The position numbers were made by a program, and so were the translations under genes. This document shows positions 47,251 to 61,035 of a stretch of DNA of 64,000 nucleotides, in pieces. Source of the DNA: the human T2T-CHM13v2.0 reference genome, Homo sapiens. The DNA is taken from assembly GCA_009914755.4 (NCBI GenBank), contig CP086569.2, positions 7,872,001-7,936,000 of the forward strand. Reading direction: 5' to 3'. The notes beneath the pieces were generated by a model. The model was given only the letters and a program-made list of their open reading frames with translations, searched no databases and was not told where the DNA came from. How positions within the stretch are numbered: position 1 is the first letter of the stretch; every line of letters begins with the position of its first letter.

Positions 47251-47524
47251 AGGCTGAGAGCTCATGCCTGTAATCTTAGAACTTTGGGAGTCTGAGGAGG
47301 GTGGATCAGGATTTTAAGAACAGCTTGGCAAATATGGTGAAATGCTGTCTGTACTAAAAATACAAAAAATTAACCAGCTGTGGTGCATACACATCTAATA
47401 CCAGTTACTCAGGATGCTGAGGCAGGAGATAGCTTGGACCCAGAAGGCGGAAATTTCAGTAAGCCAGCATGGAACCACTGCACCCCAGCTTGGGTGACAA
47501 AGCTACACTCCATCTCAAAAAAAA
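47251..47524 (+). mobile_element. Alu SINE (old), plus orientation
   Basis: ggctgagagctcatgcctgtaatcttagaactttgggagtctgaggagggtggatcagg…ccactgcaccccagcttgggtgacaaagctacactccatctcaaaaaaaa. Confidence 0.85.
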
Positions 47525-48407
47525 TTGATAAAATCCCAACCATTCTAGATTATTCCTATTTGTACGAACTTATTACTAAACCATGACTTACAACAACCAT
47601 TGTCAAAACTTTCAAGAAAAAATTAACATGAGTACCTCCCAAGGCAAAACACTTACTTTCCACTATTTAAACTAGGAACATTTAATTTCATTATGCTATG
47701 CACTTGAGAAACAGCTGGTTCAATTTTGATTTATGTTAAAAAAAGAGTTTTTCATTACAATTATCCCCCTTCAGTCACAGAATGCTTCAAATAGAATGTT
47801 TCAGATGTCTTAAACTTTAGTATTGACCATATTTAATTATTTCTTTGACTTGTACTATTCCTCTAAAAGATAAATGTTGTATGGTGAGGCAGACAGTTTT
47901 GTAGTCTTTCTGAACACTACTCAAACATTTTAAGCTTGTAAGTTTTTAAGGAGAAACAGCCTAATTAGAAAACTTGTGCAGCTTGTAAGGGAGATGTAAC
48001 ATATGCCTAATTTTGTATCTACTTATGTTCAAAGAAACAAAGGAAAATGTTCAACAAACAACACAATTTACTTTCCTATTGAATTTGCTTTTAAACATAG
48101 GTAGCTAAGCAATAACATCAGGCATTTTGCATCACATGTAAAATTTTATTTTGAAAATTTTAATGTCGATATTACATCTAAACAGATAGTTTTCAAATAG
48201 CATTAGCAAGTATTAAATTACTTTGAAAAAATTCATTTTCCTTTGAATACCTCAAAAAATTCATGGAGCAAGTTAGTATCTACCTATCTCCACAAAACCA
48301 ACATTTTTCTTTAAGTGGTACACAGGTAACAATGCAGAAATAACATTTCAATTTTCAATTTGCAAACAAGATTTGGTATGCAATACCTATTATTTTGAAT
48401 ATTTGCT

Positions 48408-48730
48408 TTAATACCTGCTTCGGTCTCCTTTTTCAGATCGACTTTCCCCATCATCTCCTGTAGATGCCACATATCTTGAGCTACCATATGCTTCACGAGG
48501 AGCAGGGTGCACCCTATCCAGAGAAGGTGGATTCCTTTGGTCTTTTCTGCCAATGTGCTCACGACCACAGGAATAAAAATCACCACAGCTCCTTGAGTAA
48601 CTCTCACGACTTCTGCCATATCTATCTCATGTATTGTTAGACATGTTAAAATCAAAATCATGGTAGCTGCTTCCACCATAAGACATCTGAGGCCTTTGTG
48701 CAGGTGGTGCACCATGAGAGGTCCCGGAAT
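48408..48730 (-). pseudogene. RBMY-like last coding exon ending at TAA (48408-48410, minus); premature in-frame TGA at 48627-48629 (CGA→TGA at RBMY1 'NTRDRY'); upstream AG acceptor not evident
   Basis: …GGG ACC TCT CAT GGT GCA CCA CCT GCA CAA AGG CCT CAG ATG TCT TAT GGT GGA AGC AGC TAC CAT GAT TTT GAT TTT AAC ATG TCT AAC AAT ACA TGA GAT AGA TAT GGC AGA AGT CGT GAG AGT TAC TCA AGG AGC TGT GGT GAT TTT TAT TCC TGT GGT CGT GAG CAC ATT GGC AGA AAA GAC CAA AGG AAT CCA CCT TCT CTG GAT AGG GTG CAC CCT GCT CCT CGT GAA GCA TAT GGT AGC TCA AGA TAT GTG GCA TCT ACA GGA GAT GAT GGG GAA AGT CGA TCT GAA AAA GGA GAC CGA AGC AGG TAT TAA. This corresponds to the RBMY1 C-terminus …[100 protein letters not shown]. 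The ORF-track 134-aa ORF 48311-48715 is the wrong frame of this exon. Confidence 0.85.
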
Positions 48731-49133
48731 GGTTGATAAAATAATACACTGGATTACATTTAAACACTTTGACTGCTATCACTAAAGCATGAATTAGTTA
48801 AAGTACTATTTGGAAATATCTACTTTCCTCTCCTTTTTTTGACAGAATATTAATTATGCCTGCAACAGTCACAATGTTTTATTTGAAAGAATTGTAAGAG
48901 TAGTTTTTGAAGCTTAACAAATTTCATTCTAAAGTCAATGTTGAGTCACATTTTCTGAATGTGAACTGAAGTTCTCACCTTCATACTGTTCCCTATGCTT
49001 TATACTGTTAAGAATACTCAATATTTAAACATGTTATATTTGTCCTTTATAATTTTCCTTAGAATTTCATTAAAATAATTATCTGGTCTATAAATATTAT
49101 TCTATAATTTACAAATCCATGCTGGACTCTTAC

Positions 49134-49221
49134 CATATCTCTGAAATGCATCCTGTAAGAACTTCCACCTTGGTGTTCAGAATGATCTCTACCACAAGCC
49201 TCACCATAGCCATCATAAAAA
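49134..49221 (-). pseudogene. RBMY-like penultimate coding exon, donor |gtaagag; 5' boundary approximate (acceptor not obvious, preceded by poly-T)
   Basis: TAT GAT GGC TAT GGT GAG GCT TGT GGT AGA GAT CAT TCT GAA CAC CAA GGT GGA AGT TCT TAC AGG ATG CAT TTC AGA GAT ATG|gtaagag translates to YDGYGEACGRDHSEHQGGSSYRMHFRDM. The corresponding RBMY1 segment is [29 protein letters not shown]. Confidence 0.8.
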
Positions 49222-49292
49222 AAAAGTTTTCTTAATGTCGGAATGAACCATTTAAGAAATCTATCTGATAAATCCAGAAAATGTTATAGTAC

Positions 49293-49403
49293 CTATATCC
49301 TCTAGAGTAATGTTCATCCCAACTAGAATGACCATAATCACAGTATGTATAGCCTCTAGGTGGTGGAGCATAATCCCTGGTTTCTGGGGAAATTCACTGA
49401 TTT
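49293..49403 (-). pseudogene. RBMY-like SRGY-box exon (111 nt, 37 codons), the only SRGY box found; in-frame TGA at 49394-49396 (CGA/CCA→TGA)
   Basis: cacag|A AAT CAG TGA ATT TCC CCA GAA ACC AGG GAT TAT GCT CCA CCA CCT AGA GGC TAT ACA TAC TGT GAT TAT GGT CAT TCT AGT TGG GAT GAA CAT TAC TCT AGA GGA TAT AG|gtacta translates to [36 protein letters not shown]. The corresponding RBMY1 SRGY box is [36 protein letters not shown]. Confidence 0.85.
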
Positions 49404-49584
49404 CTGTGTGCATAAGTTTAAGCAACAAATTTAAAATTTTCAACTTCTAGTATCCAAAACATAACTAACTTAAAACTTAAAAAAATTAAAGGGCCAAACA
49501 TCTAAATAGATATTTCTCCAATAAAATAGGCCAATGCCCAAAAAGCTCATGCAACAGGTACTCATAATCAGTGATTCAGAAAAT

Positions 49585-50215
49585 GCATTTCAAATCCATA
49601 ATGAGGTACCATACTTCACATACACACTGGAATAGAAATACATTTTAAAGAGCTGGAAATAACAAGTGTTTGAGAGGATGTAGATAAATCAGAACCCTGA
49701 TACAATGCTAGTTGGAATGGAAAATGAAGCAGCTACCATGGAGAAATGTGGTGGTTCCTTAAGGAAATATAATTACCATAGGACCAAGGAATTCCACTCT
49801 TACATACACAAAGAATTGAATAAGTGTGCTCAAGCAAATATTGGTGCAAAGAAATACTGTGGTGGAAACAACCCAAATAAAATAATAGGTTAACAGGTTG
49901 TGGGAGGAGTGAAGTGCTACCATGTAAATGAACCTTCAGGATGTCAAGCTAAAGGAAAGGAGACAGATACAAAAAGTCATGTATTGTTTGAGCCCATTAA
50001 CACTAAATGCCCACAACAGGTAAGTTCAGAGGCAGAACACTGATTGGTGTTTGATAGCAGCTGAGGGAAGGGAGAGAATGAAAGGGACTGCTTAACTGGT
50101 AGTTGGAGTTTTAGTTTGGAGGAATGAAAATGTTTTGAAACTCAATGGAGGTAGTGCACAACACAGAATGTATTTAACGCCACTTAACTGTTTATCTTAT
50201 AATTTTAATTTTGTT
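49585..50215 (+). mobile_element. Old L1 (L1M-type) 3'-end fragment in plus orientation, inside an RBMY-like intron
   Basis: The plus-strand translation …MRYHTSHTLE.KYILKSWK.QVFERM.INQNPDTMLVGMENEAATMEKCGGSLRKYNYHRTKEFHSYIHKELNKCAQANIGAKKYCGGNNPNKIIG matches the decayed L1 ORF2 C-terminus, and a 3'UTR-like tail runs to ~50215. Confidence 0.7.
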
Positions 50216-50273
50216 ATGTGGATTTCATCACTACAACAAAAAAATCAACTATTTTTTTTCCTTTTTCCTTTAC

Positions 50274-50387
50274 CTATCCTTACTAGCATAACTATCATTT
50301 CTTGGTGACCTATGGTCATTTCTCCAAGAAGAGATGGGCTCTCTGAGTGGAGGACCTGTATAATTCTCTCTTCCACATGATATGGGC
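50274..50387 (-). pseudogene. RBMY-like exon 6, acceptor aaaag|, donor |gtaaag
   Basis: G CCC ATA TCA TGT GGA AGA GAG AAT TAT ACA GGT CCT CCA CTC AGA GAG CCC ATC TCT TCT TGG AGA AAT GAC CAT AGG TCA CCA AGA AAT GAT AGT TAT GCT AGT AAG GAT AG|gtaaagg translates to PISCGRENYTGPPLREPISSWRNDHRSPRNDSYASKD. The corresponding RBMY1 segment is [38 protein letters not shown]. Confidence 0.85.
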
Positions 50388-51324
50388 CTTTTAATATTAA
50401 AATAATGGAACATTATGTAATGAACACCAAATCTGAAAGACTATTTTTTCTCCTCTCAAACAACTTTTAAAATTATTTCTTCTATGACTTCATTATTTGT
50501 TCCCAAAATTACTAGACAGTCACGACACTGTGAATATTTCTTATGGCTTTGGATAAGCCCACAAGGCCAGTTCTTCTAAAAAAGCTGAAACCAAATGTTA
50601 ATTCTTTGGTAAAAGTTCATTTGTAATAGTTAATAATTACTTAGTTATTATTTTCATTTTTATATAAATTACTGATGACTACTAATGACACAGGGAAAAC
50701 ATATAAAACCATCAAATTCTTCACTGATTTTAAAGTTTACATACATTGTCCTTTCTCAGCTGAAGAAGGTGAATTTTCCCATGCTGTTCAATCCATCTCA
50801 CACATACAAATACTGTTACCTTTGAATGACTGCATGCTAAATTTTTACATAAAAGTTCCCCTTTATATCTAAGTGGTTGGCTGTATATTAAATGTTGACA
50901 AATTAAAATGTACTACTGAAGATTTTCTAATGATGGCCAAGATTTACTTTTACTGCAATAAGCAATACTTTTAAAGGGGTCATTACAACATTGTTGCTAT
51001 TTCAAAATAGAAAAGGTTCTCTTTTAATACTCTCTTCACATGCTATTCCTTAGAGGTCAGTCTTTCATCTATGATATGTTCACTGGCTAATTTTCCATGA
51101 AAATGTATTTTCTTGTGCATCCTGCAGTCAATAAATATCTAACTTCACCAATACTCCACATATGAAATATAAAATTGAAAATGTCAATTTTCAATTTCCT
51201 CCATATGAGGATAGAGGACTAAGTAAGAATTTAAATTTGTTCTGCTTAAACTTCTTTGCTAAGAACTTTTATTTATTGTCTTGCTTTCTTCTGTATAGTC
51301 TGCAATCTTACAATTCTCCTTCTC

Positions 51325-54190
51325 AAAAATGAGAAGAATCAAATAGACGCAATAAAAAATGATAAAGGGGATATCACCACCAATCCTACAGAAATAGAAA
51401 CTACCATCAGAGAATACTATAAACACCTCTATGCGAATAAACTAGAAAATCTAGAAGAAATGGATAAACTCCTCGACACATACACCCTCCCAAGAGTAAA
51501 CCAGGAAGATATTGAATCTCTGAATAGGCCAATAACAAGCTCTGAAATTGAGGCAATAATTAATAGCTTAAAAACCAAAAAAATGCCAGGACCTGATGGA
51601 TTCACAGCTGAATTCTACCAGAGATACAAGGAAGAGCTGGTACCATTCCTTTTGAAATTACTCCAATCAATAGAAAAAGAGGGAACCCTCCCTAACTCAT
51701 TTTATAAGGGCAGCATCATCCTGATACCAAAGCCTGGCAGAGAAACAACAAAAAAGAGAATTTTAGACCACTATCCCTGATGAGCATCGATGTAAAAATC
51801 CTCAATAAAATATGGGCAAACTGATTCCAGCAGCACATCAAAAAGCTTATCCCCCATGATCAAGTGGACTTCATCCATGGGATGCAAGGCTGGTTCAACA
51901 TACGCAAATCAATAAACATGATCCAGCATGTAAACAGAACCAATGAAAAAACCACATGATTATCTCAATAGATGCCGAAAAGGGCTTTGACAAAATTCAA
52001 CAGCCCTTCATGCTAAAAACTCTCAATAAATTAGGTATTGATGGGATGTATCTCAAAATAATAAGAGCTATCTATGACAAACCCACAGCCAATATCATAC
52101 TGAATGGGCAAAAACTGGAAACATTCCCTTTGAAAACTGGCATGAGACAGGGATGCCCTCTCTCACCACTCCTATTCAACATAGTGTTGGAAGTTCTGGC
52201 CAGGGCAATCAGGCAGAAGAAGGAAACAAAGGGTATTCATTTAGGAAAAGAAGAAGTCAAATTGTCGCTGTTTGCAAATTACATGATTGTATGTCTAGAA
52301 AACCCCATCATCTCAGCCCAACATCACCTTAAGCTGATAGATAACTTCAGCAAAGTCTCAGGATGCAAAATCAATGTGCAAAAATCACAAGCATTCTTAT
52401 GCACTAATAACAGACAAACAGAGAGCCAAATCATGAGTGAATTTCCATTCACGATTGCTTCAAAGAGAATAAAATACCTAGGAATCCAACTTACAAGGGA
52501 CGTGGAGGACCTCTTCAAGGAGAACTGCAAATGAAATAAAAGGGGACACAAACAAATGGAAGAACATTCCATACTCATTGGTAGGAGGAATCAATATCAT
52601 GAAAATGGCCATACTGCCCAAGGTAATTTATAGATTCAATGCCATCCCCATCAAACTACCAATAACTTTCTTCACAGAATTGGAAAAAACTACTTTAAAT
52701 TTTATACGGAACCAAAAAAGAGACCACATTGCTAAGTCAATCCTAAGCCAAAAGAACAAAGCTGGAGGCATCACGCTATCTGACTTCAAACTATACTACA
52801 AGGCTACAGTAACCAAAACAGGATGGTACTGGTACCAAAACAGAGATATAGATCAATGGAACAGAACAGAGCCCTCAGAAATAATGCCACGTATCTACAA
52901 CCATCTGATCTTTGACAAACCTGACAAAACAAGCAATGGGGAAAGGATTCCCTATTTAATAAATGGTGCTGGGAAAACTGGCTAGCCACATGTAGAAAGC
53001 TGCAATTGGATCCCTTCCTTACACCTCATACAAAAATTAATTCAAGATGGATTAAAGACTTAAATGTTAGACCTGAAACCATAAAGACCCTGGAAGAAAA
53101 CCTAGACAATACCATTCAGGACATAGACATGGGCAAGGACTTCATGTCTAAGACACCAAAAATGATGGCAACAAAAGCTAAAATTGACAAATGGGATCTA
53201 ATTAAACTAAAGAGCTTCTGCACAGCAAAAGAAACTACCATCAGAATGGACAGGCAACCTAAAGAATGGGAGAAAATTTTTGCAATCTACTTACCTGACA
53301 AAGGGCTAATAACCAGAATCTACAATGAACTCAATCAAATTTACAAGAAAAAAACAAACAACCCCATCAAAAAGTGGGCGAATAATATGAACAGACACTT
53401 CTCAAAAGAACACATTTACGCAGGCAACAGACACATGAAAAAATGCTCATCACTGGCCATCAGAGAAATGCAAATCAAAACCACAATGAGATACCATCTC
53501 ACACCAGTTAGAATGGAGATCATTAAAAAGTCAGGAAACAACAGGTGCTGGAGAGGATGTGGAGAAATAGGAACACTTTTACACTGTTGGTGGGATTGTA
53601 AACTAGTTCAACCATTGTAGAAGTCAGTGTGGTGATTCCTCAGGGATCTAGAACTAGAAATACCATTTGTCCCAGCAATCCAATTACTGGGTATATACCC
53701 AAAGGATTATAAATCATGCTGCTATAAAGACACATGCACAGGTATATTTATTTTGTCACTATTCACAATAGCAAAGACTTGGAACCAAGCCAAATGTCCA
53801 ACAGTGATAGACCAGATTAAGAAAATGTGGCACATATACACCATAGAATACTATGCAGCCACAAAAAATGATGAGTTCATGTCCTTTGTAGGGACATGGA
53901 TGAAGCTGGAAACCATCATTCTCAGCAAACTATCACAAGTACAAAAAACCAAACACTGCATGTTCTCACTCATAGGTGGGAATTTAACAATGAGAACACA
54001 TGGTCACAGGAAGGGGAACATCACACACTGGGGCCTGTTGTGGGGAAGGATAGCATTAGGAGATATACCTAATGTTAAATGTTGAGTTAATGGGTGCAGC
54101 ACACCAACATGGCACATATATACATTTGTAACAAACCTGCACATTGTGCACATGTACCCTAAAACTTAAAGTATAATATAACAAAATTTA
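51325..54190 (+). mobile_element. L1 (L1PA-like) 5'-truncated copy, ~2.9 kb, covering most of ORF2 (RT domain to C-terminus) plus 3'UTR, plus orientation, inside the RBMY-like intron between exons 5 and 6
   Basis: ORF-track proteins: [332 protein letters not shown]; …[51 protein letters not shown]. The 3' end is …gtaccctaaaacttaaagtataatataacaaaatttaaaaaaaa. Confidence 0.9.
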
Positions 54191-54691
54191 AAAAAAATTA
54201 CTTCTATTCAATCCTACTGCTCACCTCAAGTTGCTTAGTTCTAAATTCTCTGCTCAAATAATTTCAAATCTTACACTAGGGATCTTGTGTTAACATTTAA
54301 ACATCCCTGTACCATCTTAATAATTGATTTATATCCATTTATATTTCACAACTCTGCACTTTTGTGATATCCACTTAAGAAAATTGGATGGCTTCATGTC
54401 TAGATTTCAAGTCTTAAATTTATTTTTAAATAATATTTAAGCCCAATGCCTCCTTTTCTGCTAAATATTCTTGTATTTCTTTTGAATTCTCATATAAGCA
54501 GTAAGAGTGCCTTGCACGTAAGCATTATTGAGGTCTCAGAAGCTGGATGGCCAGGCTCAGCAGTTCACACTGTGAGCCAGTGTGGAAGGCTGAGGCAGAT
54601 GGACTGCTGGAGCCCTGGGTCTTAATGTTAGTTTTGACAATGTAGTAAGATTCTCTCCCAACAAAAATATAGGAAAATAATTTAGCTATGT

Positions 54692-54830
54692 GTGTTGGTG
54701 CATGCCTGTAGTTGCAGCAACTCAGGAGGCTGAAACAGGATAACTGCTTGAACCCAGGAATTTGAGGCTCTAGTAAGCCATATTCTCACCAATGCACTTT
54801 GACCTGTAAGAGCAAGACTCCAACCCATCA
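54692..54830 (+). mobile_element. Partial Alu right-arm fragment, plus orientation
   Basis: gtgtgttggtgcatgcctgtagttgcagcaactcaggaggctgaaacaggataactgcttgaacccaggaatttgaggctctagtaagcc. Confidence 0.65.
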
Positions 54831-55269
54831 AAGAAACTGAACAAGTACGTTTAGATTGGCACACCGGGGACCACTACCAGGAGACCTAGGAAATGGAATA
54901 ATTCATTAGATGAGGAAGCATACCATGAAAAAATACTGCTAGGAACTTACAGAAAAATTAGGGGGAATTCTCTAGCAAACACAAGAATATAAGGAATGTT
55001 GGCCTCACTCTAGTCACTTCTTTGATCTGCAATGAGAAGCTCGAGTATTTCTTAACCTGAAGAAATACAGAAATGTATCTAGGGTGAAAGAAACTATAAG
55101 AAAAGCTATCAACCAGTAATTATGCCTGTGTTTGTGTCACTTCTATTTTATTCGATGAACTTAAAACTAAGCCTCCAGTTAAAATAGCTCATTTTCAGTC
55201 CTACAAAATCTATGGTCTTTCTATCAGGTAGCATTTGTCTTGGCCTCCCATACAACTATTGCTTCTTAC

Positions 55270-55387
55270 GACAGCAGAAGAGATTTTCTAGGAGGAGGAC
55301 CTCCACTTCCTAAAGATGGACCTCTTTTAACTGGAAAGGTTTCCCTATAAGAATTCATATTGAGATCAAGCATGTAATTTGATCTCA
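55270..55387 (-). pseudogene. RBMY-like exon 5; 1-bp insertion frameshift near its 5' end relative to exon 4 phase; donor gtaaga
   Basis: atacag|ATGAGATCAAATTAC ATG CTT GAT CTC AAT ATG AAT TCT TAT AGG GAA ACC TTT CCA GTT AAA AGA GGT CCA TCT TTA GGA AGT GGA GGT CCT CCT CCT AGA AAA TCT CTT CTG CTG TC|gtaaga translates to …MLDLNMNSYRETFPVKRGPSLGSGGPPPRKSLLLS. The corresponding RBMY1 segment is [41 protein letters not shown]. Confidence 0.8.
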
Positions 55388-56268
55388 TCTGTATTTCAAA
55401 CAAAATATTTTAGTTAACTAACATCACTGTTTCTTAAATGGCTAAGTTTCAGTTGTTTATAAAGTTTTCTGCCCATTATAATCTTACAAATTCACATTTC
55501 TCTAAACTAATAAAATTAACATTTCTATATGAAGTTAGTACAATTCAAGTAATAAGAATCCTTCTAGAAAATCTAGAAAGAAACTCAAGAATCATAATAT
55601 GTTGCTGTGAAAGGGAGATGTGGGAAAAGTGGGGAGTAAACGGGGAGCAGAAATCTATCAGTAAAATATCTAAGTATAATATACATAAAGAAAAAATTTT
55701 AAAAGAAAAATGATAAATGAGAGTTTATATCATTCTGTTAGGAAAAATTTTCCAAGCATATCGTAAAGATAAACTAAATTCCATTTAAAGAAACTCAAAT
55801 ATTTACAATATCAAAAAGTGACACATCAGGAAAATAGATGATATCTAAAATTTGTTAACATAACATAGAAGTCTTAAAATTCACTTGTGAAACACTAATT
55901 TTCAGATTAGACTATGCTAAATTTTCATAATCTTTAAGAATTGCATATTAAATCCTATAAAATATATCTTTATATATCTACAAAAAATGTAGATATATGC
56001 CAATTGCCAGGTGGTGTTATAGGTTAGAATATGAAAATTCTCACACATGGCAGAGTATTATTGAATGTCACCCTCAAGATCAATGGAGACAAAATAACCA
56101 TGAAGCTATGCATCTGAAAATTGAGCAAACACTGCAGTTTCAACTTAAAAAAAAACTTCACTTAATTACACATCTGGTTATTAAAATTTGAAATTAAATG
56201 ATAGATTTTTGATGGTTGGTTAATAGATAATACAAGTTAACCAATAAGTTTATTTATGTATTTATTGA

Positions 56269-56577
<309 letters not shown>

Positions 56578-57332
56578 CATCCAATAGTTTTTTTCTTTTT
56601 TCTTTTTAGATACACGGTTAGTTTTTCTTTCTTATGTAAAAATTGACCCCTCATTTCCATTGTGTAAATCACTCATAAATATCATTTTCTGTGACTCATC
56701 CTCCAGCAAAGAAAGATACATACATATCTGTGAAGCAATGGTTTTTTACCTTTCCAGAGTCACAGACTGTTTTCAGAAATTAAAGATCTGCATTTTTTAA
56801 ATTGAAAATGCTTTATGGCAGGCCAATGTACAAACTCTCCATATTAAAATCGCAAAGCAATAGATTTGCACAGATGTTTGCACATGTATACACAAAAAAA
56901 CAAATATTGCAAAATCAATCTTAAGTACTGAGTTACTTTTTTCCTTTTGGAAAGTTTTAAATATTCCATCGTACTTTGATAATACAAATGATACGAAGTT
57001 CCAGGCCCCAAAGTAGAAAACTCTAATGTATAATGAATATAAATGAGTTCTTCAGAAAACCTGTTGAGTACAGGCAATCAGCATTCATAAACTCAATTTA
57101 GTTTGAAATGTGTGTTACTTCAATGCAAACTTATTACAATTTTAAAACAAATTTTAGATATTAGTCCAATCATTCTTATAATACACCTTTAATACTTAGA
57201 AATAATTTTGGTGATTATCAATAAGTTAATTTTCTGTTCATAAAGGAAATAAATAAAATTGGGAAATTTTGATATCTTCAAGTGTATTTTCTTTCAGTCC
57301 TATGGTTCTATCTTTATATTTTAAAACATTAC

Positions 57333-57510
57333 CCAGGTGTCCTTCATGTGAGGGAAGCCACCCTCCTGTTCCTCCACTGCTTCCTCTTGCAGATCTCAGA
57401 CTTCCTGAAGGGCTTCTGTTTCTCAAAGAAGCTGGTGGTCTTCACCTACCACCACTTTGAAAAGATGGTTTCTTGGCTTGTTCTACTTTTATTGCTTTTC
57501 CATCCAAAGA
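57333..57510 (-). pseudogene. RBMY-like exon 4 with in-frame TGA (minus-strand codon at 57442-57444; CGA→TGA relative to RBMY1 'RRR')
   Basis: acttctag|TCT TTG GAT GGA AAA GCA ATA AAA GTA GAA CAA GCC AAG AAA CCA TCT TTT CAA AGT GGT GGT AGG TGA AGA CCA CCA GCT TCT TTG AGA AAC AGA AGC CCT TCA GGA AGT CTG AGA TCT GCA AGA GGA AGC AGT GGA GGA ACA GGA GGG TGG CTT CCC TCA CAT GAA GGA CAC CTG G|gtaatg translates to [58 protein letters not shown]. The corresponding RBMY1 segment is [59 protein letters not shown]. Confidence 0.85.
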
Positions 57511-58590
57511 CTAGAAGTATTAAGGGTACTATCAATAACATTGACACATTTAATCTAAGCACATTTTACAAATATTTTTACGTCGACTATAGTTCAATTC
57601 AAGATATTTTCTCCCAAAGAAAACTTTTTTTTTTCTCCTAAAATGAACACGTCTTTCCCAATGCCAAATTTGAGACATTGACTGAGTACATGCCTTCCAT
57701 TAAGGGACCAATCACAAATTATATTATTCAAATTCCTTGAAAACTCCTGGATTATTAAAAAGAATAACACCTCAGACAAAAAAGATTAACCCATCACACA
57801 TTCCATAGAACAATGTGGCATATCTGTTTTTTACAATATATAATCCACTTCTTTGTATTCACATCACTGATATAAAAGTTTCAGTGTCCCAAAGGTGTAT
57901 GATAGGATGTGTCATTTAAAAAAAAATAAGGTTACTTACTCACAGTGATTAGTCACATTAGTGATTATGAGTAATTTCCTCTTTGATCTGCTAACACTTA
58001 CATAAAGTGTCCCTATATGATTTACAATTCTATACTTACTGTAAAAATGTCTCTGTAATTGTGATACTTGTTTGATCTCATCAAGGTTTCTTGCCTTATT
58101 CATTTCTTATTTTGCCTTAGACATGTCCCTAAAAATGACTCTTAATATAGTACTTCATAAAATTTCTCAGAAATGCTTAAATGTCCTAATTAATTTCGCA
58201 ATAACATTTTTCAGTGTAATCTTTTCTACAGGCCAAAGTAATTTTTGAAAACAGTTCAGTTAATAACTCAATTTAAAAATTATATGGCTTTTGTTATTTA
58301 GGGGAAGATCTTAAACCCCTCACAAGACCCCTTGCAGCCACATCGCCAATTGTTCCTACCTTGAAACTTCTTTTGTTATTTCTGGTCCCAAAATATTTTC
58401 CCCAGATTTGTGCATGGCTGCTTCCTTCTCAGTGTTCGGAAGTCAGCCAAATTCCTTAAACTGTTCATTCTCCCTGAAAACTCCAAGAACCCCCTTTATT
58501 GGCTGTCTTAACATTTATGTGCATATAACAATCATATTTATTTTTACACAGTAAAATATGTGAGATGAGGTAATTTAGAAATAACATTGG

Positions 58591-58927
<337 letters not shown>

Positions 58928-59377
58928 CTAGGGGGAAAAAGAAGTTATCCTTGATTACTAAACATAAGTCAAAATTATCTCCATACCTACCACAAAGCCA
59001 TGAATCAAAAGCTACTCTCGCTTTCTATCACAGCTTAAAATACTAATTCATAAGAGTGAATAAAAATATACTTTCTGCTATGTGCCAGGAAGTGTGATAG
59101 ATGTAACAGAAATAAAAACAACTAGGAAGACTTAAATATGCACTATAGACAATTTCACAATCAATAGATTAATACATGGTACAGTGAGTATATTATATAC
59201 CGACGATATTCAATGAGGAAGAAAATATGAAATCTAAGTTGTTCTTCAAGCATAAATTGTTATTTGTGAGACATACACGGGGAAGGATAATTCTCAAAAA
59301 GCATTTTGGAGATAGTGTAAAGAGTAACAGGAGCTACAGATTGGGATAATGTTATTTATTATTTTTTATTTATTTTT

Positions 59378-59657
59378 TGTTTGAGATGGAGTCTCTGTCA
59401 CCAGCCTGGAGTGCAATGGCATGATCTCGGCTCACTACAACTTCTGCCTCCTGGGTTCAAATGATTCCCCTGCCTCAGCCTACCCAAATAGCTGTAACTA
59501 CAGACACACACCACCATAGCTGACTAATCATTTGTATTTTAGTAGAGATGGGGTTTCACCATGTTGGCTAGGATGGTTTTGATCTCCTGACCTCATGATC
59601 TGCTCACCTTCACCTCCCAGTGCTGGGATTACAAGCATGAGCCACCACATCCAGCCG
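59378..59657 (-). mobile_element. Alu SINE, minus orientation (T-rich head from ~59355)
   Basis: tttgagatggagtctctgtcaccagcctggagtgcaatggcatgatctcggctcactacaacttctgcctcctgggttcaaatgattcccctgcctcagcctacccaaatagctg…cccagtgctgggattacaagcatgagccaccacatccagcc. Confidence 0.85.
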
Positions 59658-60508
59658 GATTGTGATAATGTTGTAAAGCAAAAAAGCTCTAAAGGGCCCA
59701 GAATGGAATGATCTTGACTACAATGTAAAGGAATTCAGTAGTTAATAGAATTACATGAAAGTTTAAAGCTTTAATAAACACACAATCCCTAGATTTAAGA
59801 ATCAGTAGCACAAGAGACAATTGATTGGGTCAAAACAAGTCCTCAAGTACACTGAGAAAATGAGTAATTAGGTATTCATGTTACATAAATCACTCTGGTG
59901 ACAGGAAAAAAAAAAAGTCCTTAGGAGAAAAGAGCAAGTATGGGGCAAAAATGCCAGCCAGTTATTTCTTCTGTTATCCAACTTCAATTGTTCTTATATT
60001 ATTTTCTATTTTCAAGTACTTAATACTTCCTTAAATGTAAAGGTCTTATTTAAATATACTTCCCCAAGAATATATTTTCAGAAAATGATAGAGAATCTTT
60101 CCTTCTTCTGAATCTGTCTAGATGTCCATCCACTGTTTGTATATGCTATAGAAGTAATTCCAAGAATTGGAAGTTAATTCCTTTAATAGCATTTAATAAT
60201 TGTTGAATTAATGCTTTCATTTACATGAGGGTTCCTGCTAGGTTTTAAAGCTCTTCAAAACCTTTGAAAATCTATTTACACTCACAATGAAATAAAAACA
60301 TAGAAAAAGGTTACCATAGATTAATTTATATAATGTTAATTCCAATACTTATTAGACTATACTTAGATGTATACGGCACAAAGAAGAGAATGGCTAAAGC
60401 ATTTCGGTCCATATGGCATTCCAGTATCTTCAAAAGTTTAGTAATACTAAAAAGACCTAGAAATATTGTTAATTGAAAAACAGAGTATTATTAATAAGGG
60501 ACTCTTAC

Positions 60509-60606
60509 CTTTCCATTCATATCTTTGGCAGCATTCTTAGCATCTGCAGGGTTCTCAGAAATAATAAATGCAAAGTCTCTGGACTTGCTCTTTGATCCTT
60601 TATCAA
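60509..60606 (-). pseudogene. RBMY-like exon 3 (RRM C-terminal part), donor gtaaga at 60503-60508; contains a 1-bp deletion frameshift; 5' boundary approximate
   Basis: The minus strand translates to LIKD…(shift)…[22 protein letters not shown]|gtaagag, against RBMY1 [34 protein letters not shown]. Confidence 0.75.
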
Positions 60607-61035
60607 AATAAGTAAAATATATAAAAACATTTTACGTTTACATAATGGGCTCACCAAGGTACTAACTGAAACTTACATCAAACAAAAAAAAATGCATTTC
60701 ACATCACTACTATGATTCTTAATACTAAGTCACCCCTGTAGTCAGCCTATTTTATTTCAGTTTGTTTCCTAAATCCACAACACATTTACTTGTCCTCATT
60801 TTCCTTTCTAAGTAATAGGTGACCTAACCAGAGACCCTTAACCTGCTGCTATGAGAATTTTCCAAATATCAAATAGATAATTCAAAATAGGAGTTTAAAA
60901 ATGATATAGTATTTTAGTGTATGTATACACTGAACTATGAAAAAATATATATTTTTTCAAAAATATATTATACGTATTTTAAATACACATATTGAAATAT
61001 ACATATGGAAATACACACACAGCTGTAAGAGTTAC

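Noticed and set aside
48311-48715. 134-aa minus-strand ORF (MVHHLHKGLRCLMVEA…)
   Set aside because: It is the wrong reading frame of the RBMY-like last exon. The biologically meaningful frame is the one matching the RBMY1 C-terminus, and that frame contains a premature TGA.
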